In this document: positions 8,664 to 17,500 of the stretch, in pieces
How the letters are laid out: each line of letters begins with the position of its first letter
How positions within the stretch are numbered: the first letter of the stretch is position 1
NCBI GenBank assembly: GCA_038207085.1
Contig: JBBRAE010000004.1
Location: 64,001 to 128,000 of the forward strand
Origin: Armatimonadota bacterium
GTDB lineage: Bacteria > Armatimonadota > UBA5829 > DTLH01
Direction of reading: 5' to 3'
Length of the DNA: 64,000 nucleotides
Program-made: the position numbers and the translations under genes
The notes under the pieces: generated by a model
The model's input: the letters and a program-made list of their open reading frames with translations, nothing else
Databases searched by the model: none
Told to the model about the DNA's origin: nothing

Positions 8664-9500
8664 GTGGGGAATTCGTATAAGGCAGGACTGAGGGGGCGGT
8701 TTGGGGTCGTCGCTCTTCTTTTTGTTCTAACACTGGGCAGCATTGGGGCTTGGGCGGACTCGGCCAGTGTTTCCAATACGCTTGTTTCGGCTCCAGATGC
8801 TGGCAGGGTCGAGAGTTTTGCTCCTTCGGCTCGGGTGATGCTGTTTATCCCGGGCGTTGTGCGGTGGATTCCGGCCACCTTTGAACAGGCGAAACCGGGG
8901 GACGAGTTTGTTTGCGGCGGCCAGCTTTATCGTGCGCTTGAGTCCAATCGGGCGCAGGTTGTATCAAATATCGGTGTAGGCAGGCTCGTTGAAGCCGATC
9001 TGCCGCTGGACAACACCAGTCGCCGCCCCGTATCAGGTGACGTGGTTCAGGTTTTTGACAAGGACACCCAGTTTGCGGCGCACGCGGTGCTTGAGACTGT
9101 GCAGCTGGGGGCGACCATTCGCTTTCAGGGCAAGGTCTACACCGTCGCACCCGATCGCAGTCTGACCGATACGGGCAAGGTATTCTCGGCGGCGACTTGC
9201 ACACTGCGGCGCATTGATATCACCCCTCAGGGGATGCAGCACGTTACCGAAAGGCATACCGTCGGCGGAAATGGGAACGCTGGGAAGAGTATCTTTAGCC
9301 CAGGTGAGAACATTCAGACGCTGATCAGGTACGCTCAACTCGTCTCCCCGGTTCTGGAGGCGAACGGCTATTTTAAGCGCGATTTTGAAGCCGGTCGAGT
9401 AGTGGGGACCATCGGGCAGGGAGGTCGGCGGTCCAGCGTTTACAGGGTGATAACGACGCAGACCGGGAAGCTTGTGACGGCTTATCCCGTTGTGCCGTGA
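8664..9500 (+). CDS. Secreted protein with a C-terminal polymorphic-toxin-like (EndoU-type RNase-like) domain
   Basis: AAGGAG RBS; signal peptide ending AWA-D; C-terminal HVTERH..GKSIF...RVIT..G.LVTAYP. Confidence 0.65.
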   Translation: MGNSYKAGLRGRFGVVALLFVLTLGSIGAWADSASVSNTLVSAPDAGRVESFAPSARVMLFIPGVVRWIPATFEQAKPGDEFVCGGQLYRALESNRAQVVSNIGVGRLVEADLPLDNTSRRPVSGDVVQVFDKDTQFAAHAVLETVQLGATIRFQGKVYTVAPDRSLTDTGKVFSAATCTLRRIDITPQGMQHVTERHTVGGNGNAGKSIFSPGENIQTLIRYAQLVSPVLEANGYFKRDFEAGRVVGTIGQGGRRSSVYRVITTQTGKLVTAYPVVP

Positions 9501-9522
9501 GGTGATGACTTTGGGGCCACTC

Positions 9523-9678
9523 TGATCGGTCGGGATGTGTATCCCGACAGAAACAGAAAGATTAGGACATTTGTCCGGGCATTGGATTTAGCCGACTGAG
9601 CGGGAGTTAACTCCCTTGCAGTTCTTTGCGTGCGCGATGAATATCGCGCACGATCCTGTCACCGATCACGGGGGCTTC
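9523..9678. repeat. Repeat family D, long copy
   Basis: Three hairpins (GTCGGGAT/ATCCCGAC, GGGAG/CTCCC, GTGCGCGAT/ATCGCGCAC), collinear with the reverse complement of 47737-47874. Confidence 0.8.
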
Positions 9679-9736
9679 GGGACGAATGTCCCGGGAACCC
9701 GGCTCCGGATGAATATCCGGGGCCATCGGCCATCGG

Positions 9737-9802
9737 CACCCCCAAAGCTAAGACGGGATTTCCAAATCCCGAATGGCGTAATGCATGGCAATTGACCCAT
9801 TA
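9737..9802. repeat. Family B (MITE-like) partial inverted copy
   Basis: Near-identical to the reverse complement of about 2005-2069. Confidence 0.85.
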
Positions 9803-10015
9803 CCAGAGTGAGTTCCATGGAAAGTCGATGATCGCCGCCGAATGTTAATGATGTGTTTATTGTGAACTCTTGGCGACATTGTCGGTGGTCGATCGGTGGG
9901 AAACTACCCACGGAAAGTGTGAGGCTAAACGGACGTGTTTGACTTTGACGGGTTCGCTCTGCGTGGGAGGTGGTGTTTGGGGTTTGGAGGGGCTGGTTTC
10001 TGTCCGGCACATACC

Positions 10016-10044
10016 AAAAGAGCCACGGCATATGCCATGGCTCT
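10016..10044 (-). terminator. Intrinsic terminator; likely riboswitch expression platform
   Basis: Minus strand AGAGCCATGGC-ATAT-GCCGTGGCTCT-TTT, just downstream of the aptamer. Confidence 0.7.
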
Positions 10045-10061
10045 GTAATATTTTAAAGAGA

Positions 10062-10192
10062 CTTCCTCCGCGCCTGCGTGGTTAGCTGTCGGGCTAGGGT
10101 GGGAAGACACCCCTTCCTGAGCAATATCAGGAATTCGCCCCTTGTGGGATCGGGTCCCCCGCTTTCCCCGAAGGGAAACTCGGCGCTAGGTT
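10062..10192 (-). ncRNA. Cyclic di-AMP (ydaO/yuaA) riboswitch aptamer
   Basis: Minus strand GCGCCGAG..CGGGGGACCC..GGGGCGAAT..AGGG..CCCTAGCCCGACAGCTAACCACGCAGGCG..GGAGG follows the ydaO consensus order. Confidence 0.88.
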
Positions 10193-10335
10193 GTTTATTA
10201 AGTTGTTCCGCTTATTCAGTTGTAGCCTTACTTAAGCTGTTTCGATATTGAGTTTTGCCGGTATTTAGTTATTCGCGCTATTAGTTTGTTGTCGATATTC
10301 TTTTGTTGCAGAGGAGTAAGCTCCCTTGCATGTCT

Positions 10336-10365
10336 AATATAGCAAACGGCCTAAACCGTTGTCAA
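10336..10365 (-). promoter_or_regulatory. Sigma70-type promoter upstream of the riboswitch
   Basis: TTGACA-18nt-TATATT with extended TG. Confidence 0.65.
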
Positions 10366-10496
10366 CTGATTTCGATAAAAAAACTACTATATTTTCGGAT
10401 CGCGCCTTATCGGATGCCCGAAACGGCTCGGGCCGATGTCCAATGGAATGTTACCCAGTGGGATCTGTATTGAAACACTGGAGGCATTTCAATAGG

Positions 10497-10694
10497 ATGG
10501 CTGAATCGCCGCATTTGCCGCAGCCCGGCTTCCCGGGCCACTTGCGCCCTACGTATAGTCGCTACAGCTCCCACGCAGTTAGTCGACGCTTTCTCCCGGT
10601 GCAGTGGAATACAACGCATTCCGCTGCACCGGTAACAGGGGTTTACATTCCACCTTTCGGCAGAGCTTCATCCCCCACACGACGAATCAGCCAT
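10497..10694 (-). ncRNA. Unassigned ~200-nt structured RNA candidate (five-way junction)
   Basis: 18-position closing stem (one U-U mismatch) enclosing four hairpins; a GAAA tetraloop; G-U pairs favour the minus strand. Confidence 0.6.
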
Positions 10695-10915
10695 TAACAA
10701 GTATTCCCTTGGTGCTAAGGCTCAAACCACATAGAGCCTTTTGCGGGGCTTACAATTGTCACATTGTCCCTGGTTGAGATGTTAAGGTGGCAGCCTGCAT
10801 GTCAACTGCCGAAAACAGCCTTTGATTGGTTTGATTGGGTCGTGGAAATGCAGAAGATGTAGGAAGAGTTGCTAGTTGGAAACCCGTGGGGGGGGGGGAG
10901 TTCCAAGATGAAATT

Positions 10916-10992
10916 TGGCCCGCCTGGAGGGGCTCGAACCCCCGACCCTCTGTTCCGAAGACAGATGCTCTAATCCACTGAGCTACAGGCGG
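10916..10992 (-). tRNA. tRNA-Arg (anticodon UCG)
   Basis: CCGCCTG/CAGGCGG acceptor stem, anticodon arm TCTGT-CTTCGGA-ACAGA, GGTTCGAG T-loop, encoded CCA. Confidence 0.95.
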
Positions 10993-11330
10993 ATATTTGA
11001 CTGCGGACAGTATACCATGTCCTGTCGGTGCTAGTCAAAATCTTAATTCGAATGCGGTCAATCTAGCTTTGGAGTGTGGTTTGCGAGAGCCGCTTTCACA
11101 AATCTTCCGGCTGGCGATAATTGGCGCTTGTGCGCCTTGCTGTCGCCCAAGAACAAAGCGGCGATTGCTTGCCGCACTCCATATAAAGCCGACAATCTTT
11201 ACATATACCTGTTCTAATATACATATAGCGGCTGTAAGGCTCCGCAAGGTGTAACCCGCTGTGTTTATGCTCGTCATATATTGTGTAAGTCCCCGGATGC
11301 AAGGACTGGTCCGGGGCAGGAGTTACTCAA

Positions 11331-11756
11331 ATGCAGAAAACGAATTTCAGGATGATGCTTTTGGCCCTTCTTGCAGTGTTCGCTATCTCGGTTTTGACGC
11401 CGCTTGCGAGCCTTGCGAGCACCAAGGGCAGGCGAAACACCGCGATCGCGCTTACGGGAGTGGCGGCGTACTCGCTGATAAGAGGGCACAACACCACCGG
11501 GTTCGTCACGGGAGCCGGTGCTGCCTATGCCTGGAGCCGGTACAAAGACAGCAAAGAGTCTGATCGGGACCGGAGTCACTACTACAACACTCGTGGTGGC
11601 CGCAGTTACTCAGACAGCCGCTGGGACAGAGACCGAGATCGCCGTGATGACAAGAAGTGGGACCGTGATAGGGATCGCAACAACAAAAAATGCGACCGCT
11701 ATCACGACAACGGTCGGCGCGTTGGGAGTCGGCAATGCGATAACAATTGCCGGTAA
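11331..11756 (+). CDS. Small exported/membrane protein with an Arg/Asp-rich tail
   Basis: AGGAG RBS; signal peptide; two short Gly/Ala-rich hydrophobic segments; DRDRDR low-complexity tail. Confidence 0.75.
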   Translation: MQKTNFRMMLLALLAVFAISVLTPLASLASTKGRRNTAIALTGVAAYSLIRGHNTTGFVTGAGAAYAWSRYKDSKESDRDRSHYYNTRGGRSYSDSRWDRDRDRRDDKKWDRDRDRNNKKCDRYHDNGRRVGSRQCDNNCR

Positions 11757-11887
11757 ATGTCAAATCAATCAAAGTGAGGGAGCCTGATGCTCGGCTGATT
11801 TGCAGAGCGAGCGATGGAGCCATTCCAGACCGGCGGCGCGTACGTCAATTTCCTCGGCAAAGAAGGGGTGGGCAGGGTGAGAGCTGC

Positions 11888-11968
11888 CTACCCCGCATTA
11901 TTCACAAGTAGCGTGAATAATGCTCTGTTAGCGAAAGCTTTATTCGCTTCACGAATAAAGCGGGCTAC
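11888..11968. repeat. Family C, full two-module copy
   Basis: GCATTATTCAC/GTGAATAATGC plus GCTTTATTCG/CGAATAAAGC hairpins. Confidence 0.9.
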
Positions 11969-12076
11969 GGCGTCGAAACCTTAACAAGCTCGCCACATTG
12001 AAGAGGAAATACTACCCGACCAACTTCTTCCGTATGAACCAAAATATCCGGACGATGTCTGGGTGATGGTAAGTCG

Positions 12077-12904
12077 TTATGGGTGGTGCTCGGTCGGCTG
12101 GTTTCTAAACCGGCCCGGAGTGGTTCCGGTCAGCCGCTTGAAGACCCGCGAGAAGTAGTAGGGGTCGCAGAAACCAACGGTCGACGCGATCTCCTGGAGC
12201 GGTGAGCGGGTGTCGCGCAGGAGTCGCTTGGCCCACTCGACGCGCCTGCGGTTGACGTAGACCGTGGGGCTGTCACCCATCGCGCGCGTGAATAACGTCG
12301 AGAAATAGGTTGGGTGAAGGTTCGCGACGTCTGCAAGCTCGCTGAGCGTGCACCTGTCGGTCAGGTTCGCCTCAATATAGCCAAGCACCTCGTGAAACCT
12401 CGCAGCGCCCTCGATGTGCTCTGTTTCGACCTCCGCTTTGTCGATAAAGATGGCGAGAAGCTGTTTGAGCGTCCCATCTATCGCCATCGCGTTGCCCGGA
12501 CGGTCCTGCATCAGGCGCATCGTGAGATCGTCCCACTGCCCGTTCATCCATGCGGTGTCTGCGACAGGTATCTGAAAAGGCACGCGGAGGAACACGAAAA
12601 GGTCGACGCTGTAGAGCACGTGAGCCGTGAAGTGGAGCCACGAGAGGGTCATCTCCTCCGGGCAGCCGTACCGAGCGAGGGTGTCTGCTGGAATCACGTA
12701 AAGGTATCCGGGTTCGAGCCTGTAGCGAGTGCCGTGGTGTTCAGTCCAGCCTTCGCCCTGGCTTATCCAGTATATCCGGCCAAATGAGTCACTCGCGACC
12801 CCATAGTCAGCCGCCCAGTAGCTGCCGTAATTCCTGGTTTCGCCCATAATGAACGTGGTCTCAAGAGTCCCCAGTATCTGTGTGATCGAGTTCTTCTCAG
12901 GCAT
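12077..12904 (-). CDS. AraC family transcriptional regulator
   Basis: Cupin-like N-terminus; HTH signature IASTVGFCDPYYFSRVFKRLTGTTPGRFR. Confidence 0.93.
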   Translation of the reverse strand: MPEKNSITQILGTLETTFIMGETRNYGSYWAADYGVASDSFGRIYWISQGEGWTEHHGTRYRLEPGYLYVIPADTLARYGCPEEMTLSWLHFTAHVLYSVDLFVFLRVPFQIPVADTAWMNGQWDDLTMRLMQDRPGNAMAIDGTLKQLLAIFIDKAEVETEHIEGAARFHEVLGYIEANLTDRCTLSELADVANLHPTYFSTLFTRAMGDSPTVYVNRRRVEWAKRLLRDTRSPLQEIASTVGFCDPYYFSRVFKRLTGTTPGRFRNQPTEHHP

Positions 12905-13039
12905 AGCTTCCTCGCAGGCTGCAATGAGATAATACCGTCTAGCACGAGTATACACATAAATCATAAGAATACACAATACAATCCGTGATTTGCCCATTGT
13001 CGGACACTTGCCTACGGGTTACACTGAAAAACATATTCG

Positions 13040-13093
13040 GATCGACGGCGCTATCTGCGCCGTCTCTTAAAGGCTGGCGCTATGCGCCACCGG
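13040..13093 (+). repeat. Two-hairpin element family E
   Basis: GACGGCGC/GCGCCGTC then TGGCGC/GCGCCA-CCGG; recurs at 24835-24886 and 54340-54548. Confidence 0.8.
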
Positions 13094-13116
13094 TACGGCT
13101 GGAGGAGCTAATAGCA

Positions 13117-14217
13117 ATGGGTGACGCATTTTTCGAGACTTATATGGGGCTTGGGCCCCGGCGGGTGACTCACTATGAGCACTGGTCGTGCCCGGACGCC
13201 GAGACTGAGCTCACGGGGGTCGACTATTACGACCATCCCAAGCTCTGCAGAGAGAAATGGAACGAGCTATTTCCGCACTTCACGCTCCCAGTTCCTGAAA
13301 CCGACGACCCTCGCCCTCGCCCCAGGCTTTCAGCAGAGGACGGCGCGCTGACATCGAACTCTGAGCGTCATACCGTGCGCTGGGGTGACAGTGAGACCGG
13401 CACCTGGGAGCACGGTGAAGCGTATTTCAAGAACGTCGACGACGTGCTCAACTTCTCGCCGCTGGACAAGGGGGACTTCAGGGACTGGCCGCACGTCGTG
13501 ATGAACTGGGACTATCGGGACGAGGATGCGCTCTACGAAACCCTTCGGAAGGGGTACCCGGCGGAGTGGGGGGACAAAGCGCCCGCTGGTAGCTCGGCCT
13601 CAAGTTGGTTCTACAATACGCTTTTCATGTGGCCCCTACTTACGTTTGGCTGGGAGCTGTTTCTCGAGTGCTGCATGCTGCCTGAGTTCGAGCGGGTAAT
13701 GGATGAGTTCGCCGAGATCAACCGCAGGGTCTTCCGGGTGTTTGCGAGGCTGCCGATCAACTTCGTCACATGCCACGACGACATCGTCACCACCCGCGGC
13801 CCGGTCTGCTCGCCCGCCTGGATGCACAAATACATCTTCCCTCGCTATGAGGAATACTGGAGTATTCTGAAATCGGCAGGCAAGGAGCCGATCTTTATGG
13901 TAGACGGCTGCATGGATCAGTATGTCGACGATGTGATGGCCTGCGGCGCGCGAGGGATAATTACGGAGCCTTACACCGACTTCAAGGCGATCGCAAGAAA
14001 GTACGACAACCCCGTGATCGCTGGGGAAGGCGATAACCGCATACTCGGACGAAACAACCCCGGGGAGATTCGTGCGATGGTCGAGTCGATGGTTGAGACG
14101 GCGAAAATGAGCGGCGGCTACTTTATGTGCGTCGGTAATCACATCCCATGGAACGTCCCACCTGAGGCGATCAAGCTCTACCTGGACCTTTCAACGGAGC
14201 TGGCCATTCGCGGCTGA
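13117..14217 (+). CDS. Uroporphyrinogen decarboxylase (UroD/MtaA-CmuA)-like family protein
   Basis: HDDI..RGP..SP.W..KYIFP.Y, MVDG, GY..CVGNHIP.NVP; GGAGGAG RBS. Confidence 0.85.
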   Translation: MGDAFFETYMGLGPRRVTHYEHWSCPDAETELTGVDYYDHPKLCREKWNELFPHFTLPVPETDDPRPRPRLSAEDGALTSNSERHTVRWGDSETGTWEHGEAYFKNVDDVLNFSPLDKGDFRDWPHVVMNWDYRDEDALYETLRKGYPAEWGDKAPAGSSASSWFYNTLFMWPLLTFGWELFLECCMLPEFERVMDEFAEINRRVFRVFARLPINFVTCHDDIVTTRGPVCSPAWMHKYIFPRYEEYWSILKSAGKEPIFMVDGCMDQYVDDVMACGARGIITEPYTDFKAIARKYDNPVIAGEGDNRILGRNNPGEIRAMVESMVETAKMSGGYFMCVGNHIPWNVPPEAIKLYLDLSTELAIRG

Positions 14218-14241
14218 GTGCCGGAAGACCCGCTGATCACT

Positions 14242-15096
14242 TCAGCCCTTGATCCCGCTCATCACTACTCCCTGCACGAAGTAGCGCTGGGCGAGGATGA
14301 AGATCACCAGCACGGGCAGGAGGACTACCGTTGAGGCGGCCATCAGGGAGACTATGTCGACGCCCCAGACGTCCTGGAAGGTCGCTAGGCCGAGGGCGAG
14401 CGTGCGCTTGTCTACCGAGTTCAGGTAGATCAGGGGCGTCATAAAGTCGTTCCAGTGGGCGACGAAGCTGAAGACGGCTACCGTCACAAGCACAGGCTTG
14501 GAGAGCGGCAGGAATATTTGCCAGAAGGTGCGGAACGGGCCGCAGCCGTCGATTTTGGCGGCGTCTTCGAGGTCGCCGGGGATCGTCAGGAAGAACTGGC
14601 GCAGGAGAAATACGTAGAACGCGCTTGCGAAGAACGCGGGGACGATCAGGGGCATCAGAGTGTCATACCAACCCAGGCTGCGGAAGATTACGAAGCGCGG
14701 GACCATCGTCACCTCGGCGGGCAGGATGATCGTCGAGATCATGAGCATGAACAAAAACTCGCGGCCCGGCGCTTTGATCCGAGCGAAGGCAAAGGCGACG
14801 AGCGCGCTTGATAGGGATGAGCCGATCACCGCAAACACCGTCACCTTGAGCGTGTTGAACATATACAGGTGAAACGGCATGATCGTCAAGGCCTTGGGGT
14901 AGTTCGCCCAGATAACCTTGCTCGGGAACAGGTGGAGACCCGACGCGGCGACCTCCGCGGGCGCGCGAAGGGAGATCGACACCATCCACAAAAATGGCAC
15001 GGCGAAGATCGCTGCTCCGACCAGAAGCACGATGTATCCGAGCAGCGGCCCGGTGAGTTTTGACTTCGATCTGGTTTTTGTTATGGTCTGGCTCAT
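14242..15096 (-). CDS. Carbohydrate ABC transporter permease (MalG-like)
   Basis: EAA loop LRQFFLTIPGDLEDAAKIDGC; about 6 TM helices. Confidence 0.95.
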   Translation of the reverse strand: MSQTITKTRSKSKLTGPLLGYIVLLVGAAIFAVPFLWMVSISLRAPAEVAASGLHLFPSKVIWANYPKALTIMPFHLYMFNTLKVTVFAVIGSSLSSALVAFAFARIKAPGREFLFMLMISTIILPAEVTMVPRFVIFRSLGWYDTLMPLIVPAFFASAFYVFLLRQFFLTIPGDLEDAAKIDGCGPFRTFWQIFLPLSKPVLVTVAVFSFVAHWNDFMTPLIYLNSVDKRTLALGLATFQDVWGVDIVSLMAASTVVLLPVLVIFILAQRYFVQGVVMSGIKG

Positions 15097-15407
15097 AGCT
15101 TATTTACGATCCCTCTGCTAGAATCCTCTCAATCATAGCCGAAAAGTTCTGTCAGCTCAAGTGTTTTTGGGGGAAAACATCCAGGAAGGCAGAATGCCCG
15201 TAGTGGCCGGTCTCTGACCCGGACCCCACACTGATCTTGCAGCATTCTGGTATGAGCCGCGTTTGCGAGATTTTCAGTCGGTATGGTAATTGGCAGGGAA
15301 GGAACCGGCGATAATTTCGTAGTATACTTTATGTGATAGACTACACGAGTAATGCATTCATAAATGGATTCGAATGTGTAAATGGATTCATCAAGAAAGT
15401 GAGATCA

Positions 15408-16478
15408 ATGAGCTACCGAGACGTTTTTAACGAAATAATGTTCTACGGCAACTTCGACCATATGCCCGCCGTTCACTGGCACGGTTGGGACGAGACCATC
15501 GAACGCTGGTATAAGGAGGGGCTACAGCCGGGGCAGAATATCCACGAACTGCTTGGCACTACTCCTCACTGGTCGAACCTGCAGATCAATGTGGGCCTGT
15601 TCCCTTTCTTTGAAGAGGAAATCCTCGAACAGACCGACGATTACAAGATCTTTCGGGACAGGGAAGGCGTCGTCTGCCAGGCTTGGAAGCACGCATCGAG
15701 CATTCCGCACTATATAGATTTTACGCTGAAAGATGCCAAGGACTGGCCCGAATACAAAAAGCGGCTTCAGCCCGACCCTGCGCGTATTCCAGCCGATCTT
15801 GAGGAGATCATCACTCGCACTGAGGCCTCAGGCATGCCGATTGCGGTCGGAACGGGCTCTATGATGGGGTGGATTCGCAACTGGATGGGCGTCGAGAATA
15901 TGTCCTATCTCATGTACGACGACCCGGACTGCTATGCCGACATGGTCAACACGCTCGCCGACCTCACATGCTGGGGGATAGATCAGATCCTACCCAAGAT
16001 GAAGGTCAAGCCGACGTTTGGCTTTGGCTGGGAGGATATCTGCGGCAAGGCCGGTCCTTTGGTGAGTCCAAGCATCTTCCTGAAGTGCGTTGCCTCAGGG
16101 TATACCAAGATCAGAAACAAACTGGAAGAACACGGCGTGCATCTACTTGGGATCGACTGCGACGGGGATATCACCGATCTCCTCGGCCACTGGCTCGACG
16201 CTGGCGTGAACGTGCTCTTCCCGCTTGAGGTCGGAACCTGGAAAGCCGACGGCATGGCGTTTAGAAAACAGTACGGCAAAGACCTAAGGATCATCGGTCA
16301 TTTCGATAAGATGACTCTCGAACAGGGCCGCGACGTGGTCGAAGCCGAGATACAGCGACTGATGCCCCTGATGAAGGACGGCGGATTCCTGATGATGCCC
16401 GACCACCTCATCACCCCGGGCGTCAGCCTCGAAGACTATATCTGGTACTGCCAGAGGGTGAGAGAGATCAAGCTGTAG
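15408..16478 (+). CDS. UroD-like family protein
   Basis: IRNWMGVE, WEDICGKAGPLVSP, DCDG, GGFLMMPDHLITP. Confidence 0.87.
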   Translation: MSYRDVFNEIMFYGNFDHMPAVHWHGWDETIERWYKEGLQPGQNIHELLGTTPHWSNLQINVGLFPFFEEEILEQTDDYKIFRDREGVVCQAWKHASSIPHYIDFTLKDAKDWPEYKKRLQPDPARIPADLEEIITRTEASGMPIAVGTGSMMGWIRNWMGVENMSYLMYDDPDCYADMVNTLADLTCWGIDQILPKMKVKPTFGFGWEDICGKAGPLVSPSIFLKCVASGYTKIRNKLEEHGVHLLGIDCDGDITDLLGHWLDAGVNVLFPLEVGTWKADGMAFRKQYGKDLRIIGHFDKMTLEQGRDVVEAEIQRLMPLMKDGGFLMMPDHLITPGVSLEDYIWYCQRVREIKL

Positions 16479-16495
16479 TCATAAGCTGTTAGCAG

Positions 16496-16576
16496 CTAGC
16501 CCGCATTATTCACGAGGAGCGTGAATAATGCTTTGCTAGCGAGAGCTTTATTCGCTTCACGAATAAAGCGGGCTAG
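16496..16576. repeat. Family C, full copy inside a terminator-like hairpin
   Basis: CTAG...CTAG...CTAG, flanked by AGCTGTTAGCAGCTA / TAGCTGCTAACAGCT. Confidence 0.9.
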
Positions 16577-16606
16577 CCGTTAGCTGCTAACAGCTGCCTA
16601 TTCAAG

Positions 16607-17275
16607 CTACACAGTCACGTATTTTCTCAGATCGTCGATGGTCGGTTTGTTGATCCCTGAGATCTGATCGAGATCGTCGATCTTTTTGAACTGGCCGTGC
16701 TCTCGGCGATATTTGAGGATGTGGTCGGCGATCACGGGGCCTATGCCCGGAACGTCGATCAGTTCCTGTCGGCCAGCATCGTTCAGGTTTACCTTGCCCG
16801 ACTGCCTGTGCCTTTCGGTTTCCTGCTCGTGCTCCTTGACCGCCGCCTCGCCGCCCTTTCGCCCGTGAGCCATCTCGCGTTCCTCGCGCGTGCGGATGCC
16901 GTGACGCTCCCAGTGCTCGAAGAACCCTGTGATCTCATCGGTGTCCTTGGTGTATCTCGGACCGCTCTTTAGATCGTCCTCCGAACCGTGGAACACCACG
17001 TGCTTTTGTTCGTGGTACAAGTCTACGAGCTCGAGTGGGACGAGTGTCTTTTCTCCGCCCAGCCCGAGGATTTCGTCGTATGCGACCACGATTACGGCGA
17101 CCTTGCCGAGGTCGGTATCCACCAGCAGGTCGTCGGCGCTCGCGATCTTCTTGTGCTCGTGATCTGTTAACGCCCAGCCGCGTATGTCGGGTTCGCCTTC
17201 GCGGACCTTCCAGTGGTCGAGTATGCTGAGCGGCTTCAATGTGTGCCCACGATATTGTTTGTAGTTGACGTACAT
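16607..17275 (-). CDS. PRC-barrel plus ComEA-like helix-hairpin-helix protein
   Basis: WKVREGEPDIRGW..DDLLVD (PRC); VNLNDAGRQELIDVPGIGPVIA...GQFKKIDDL (HhH). Confidence 0.85.
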   Translation of the reverse strand: MYVNYKQYRGHTLKPLSILDHWKVREGEPDIRGWALTDHEHKKIASADDLLVDTDLGKVAVIVVAYDEILGLGGEKTLVPLELVDLYHEQKHVVFHGSEDDLKSGPRYTKDTDEITGFFEHWERHGIRTREEREMAHGRKGGEAAVKEHEQETERHRQSGKVNLNDAGRQELIDVPGIGPVIADHILKYRREHGQFKKIDDLDQISGINKPTIDDLRKYVTV

Positions 17276-17500
17276 TTTTCCTAAACCCTCCCGTCCAACG
17301 GTGCTACCGGCACCTCTTGCTTCGCAAATGGCGTTTCTTGCCATTTGCGTCCCCATCGTGGTGAAGCCGGCTGCAGCGCAAACTGCGCACTGCTAGAGGC
17401 TTTACCTGCGATTCCTGGGGACACTCGCGCCACGGGTGTCAGGCGCGGGCTTTGCCAATGTACTCTTACCCACGCCCGACAGGGGTTGACTGCTTGCCCG

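Noticed and set aside
9666..10031. 121-aa ORF as the riboswitch-controlled gene
   Set aside because: It starts inside the terminator hairpin, has no RBS, and its 3' part is repeat sequence
10497..10694. 6S RNA or lysine riboswitch identity for the structured RNA
   Set aside because: It is multibranched rather than a rod with a central bubble, lacks the lysine aptamer's conserved AGAGGU start, and has no downstream lysine gene; formal exclusion needs cmscan
10888..10898. G11 homopolymer as a phase-variation switch
   Set aside because: It lies in a hairpin just downstream of the tRNA, not in a CDS or recognisable promoter; its length may be a sequencing artefact
8340..10915. Prophage or integrative element at tRNA-Arg
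   Set aside because: No integrase, no phage genes and no duplicated tRNA 3' end found by eye
13117..16478. hemE assignment
   Set aside because: No RQAGR motif; several divergent paralogues in a sugar-gene context
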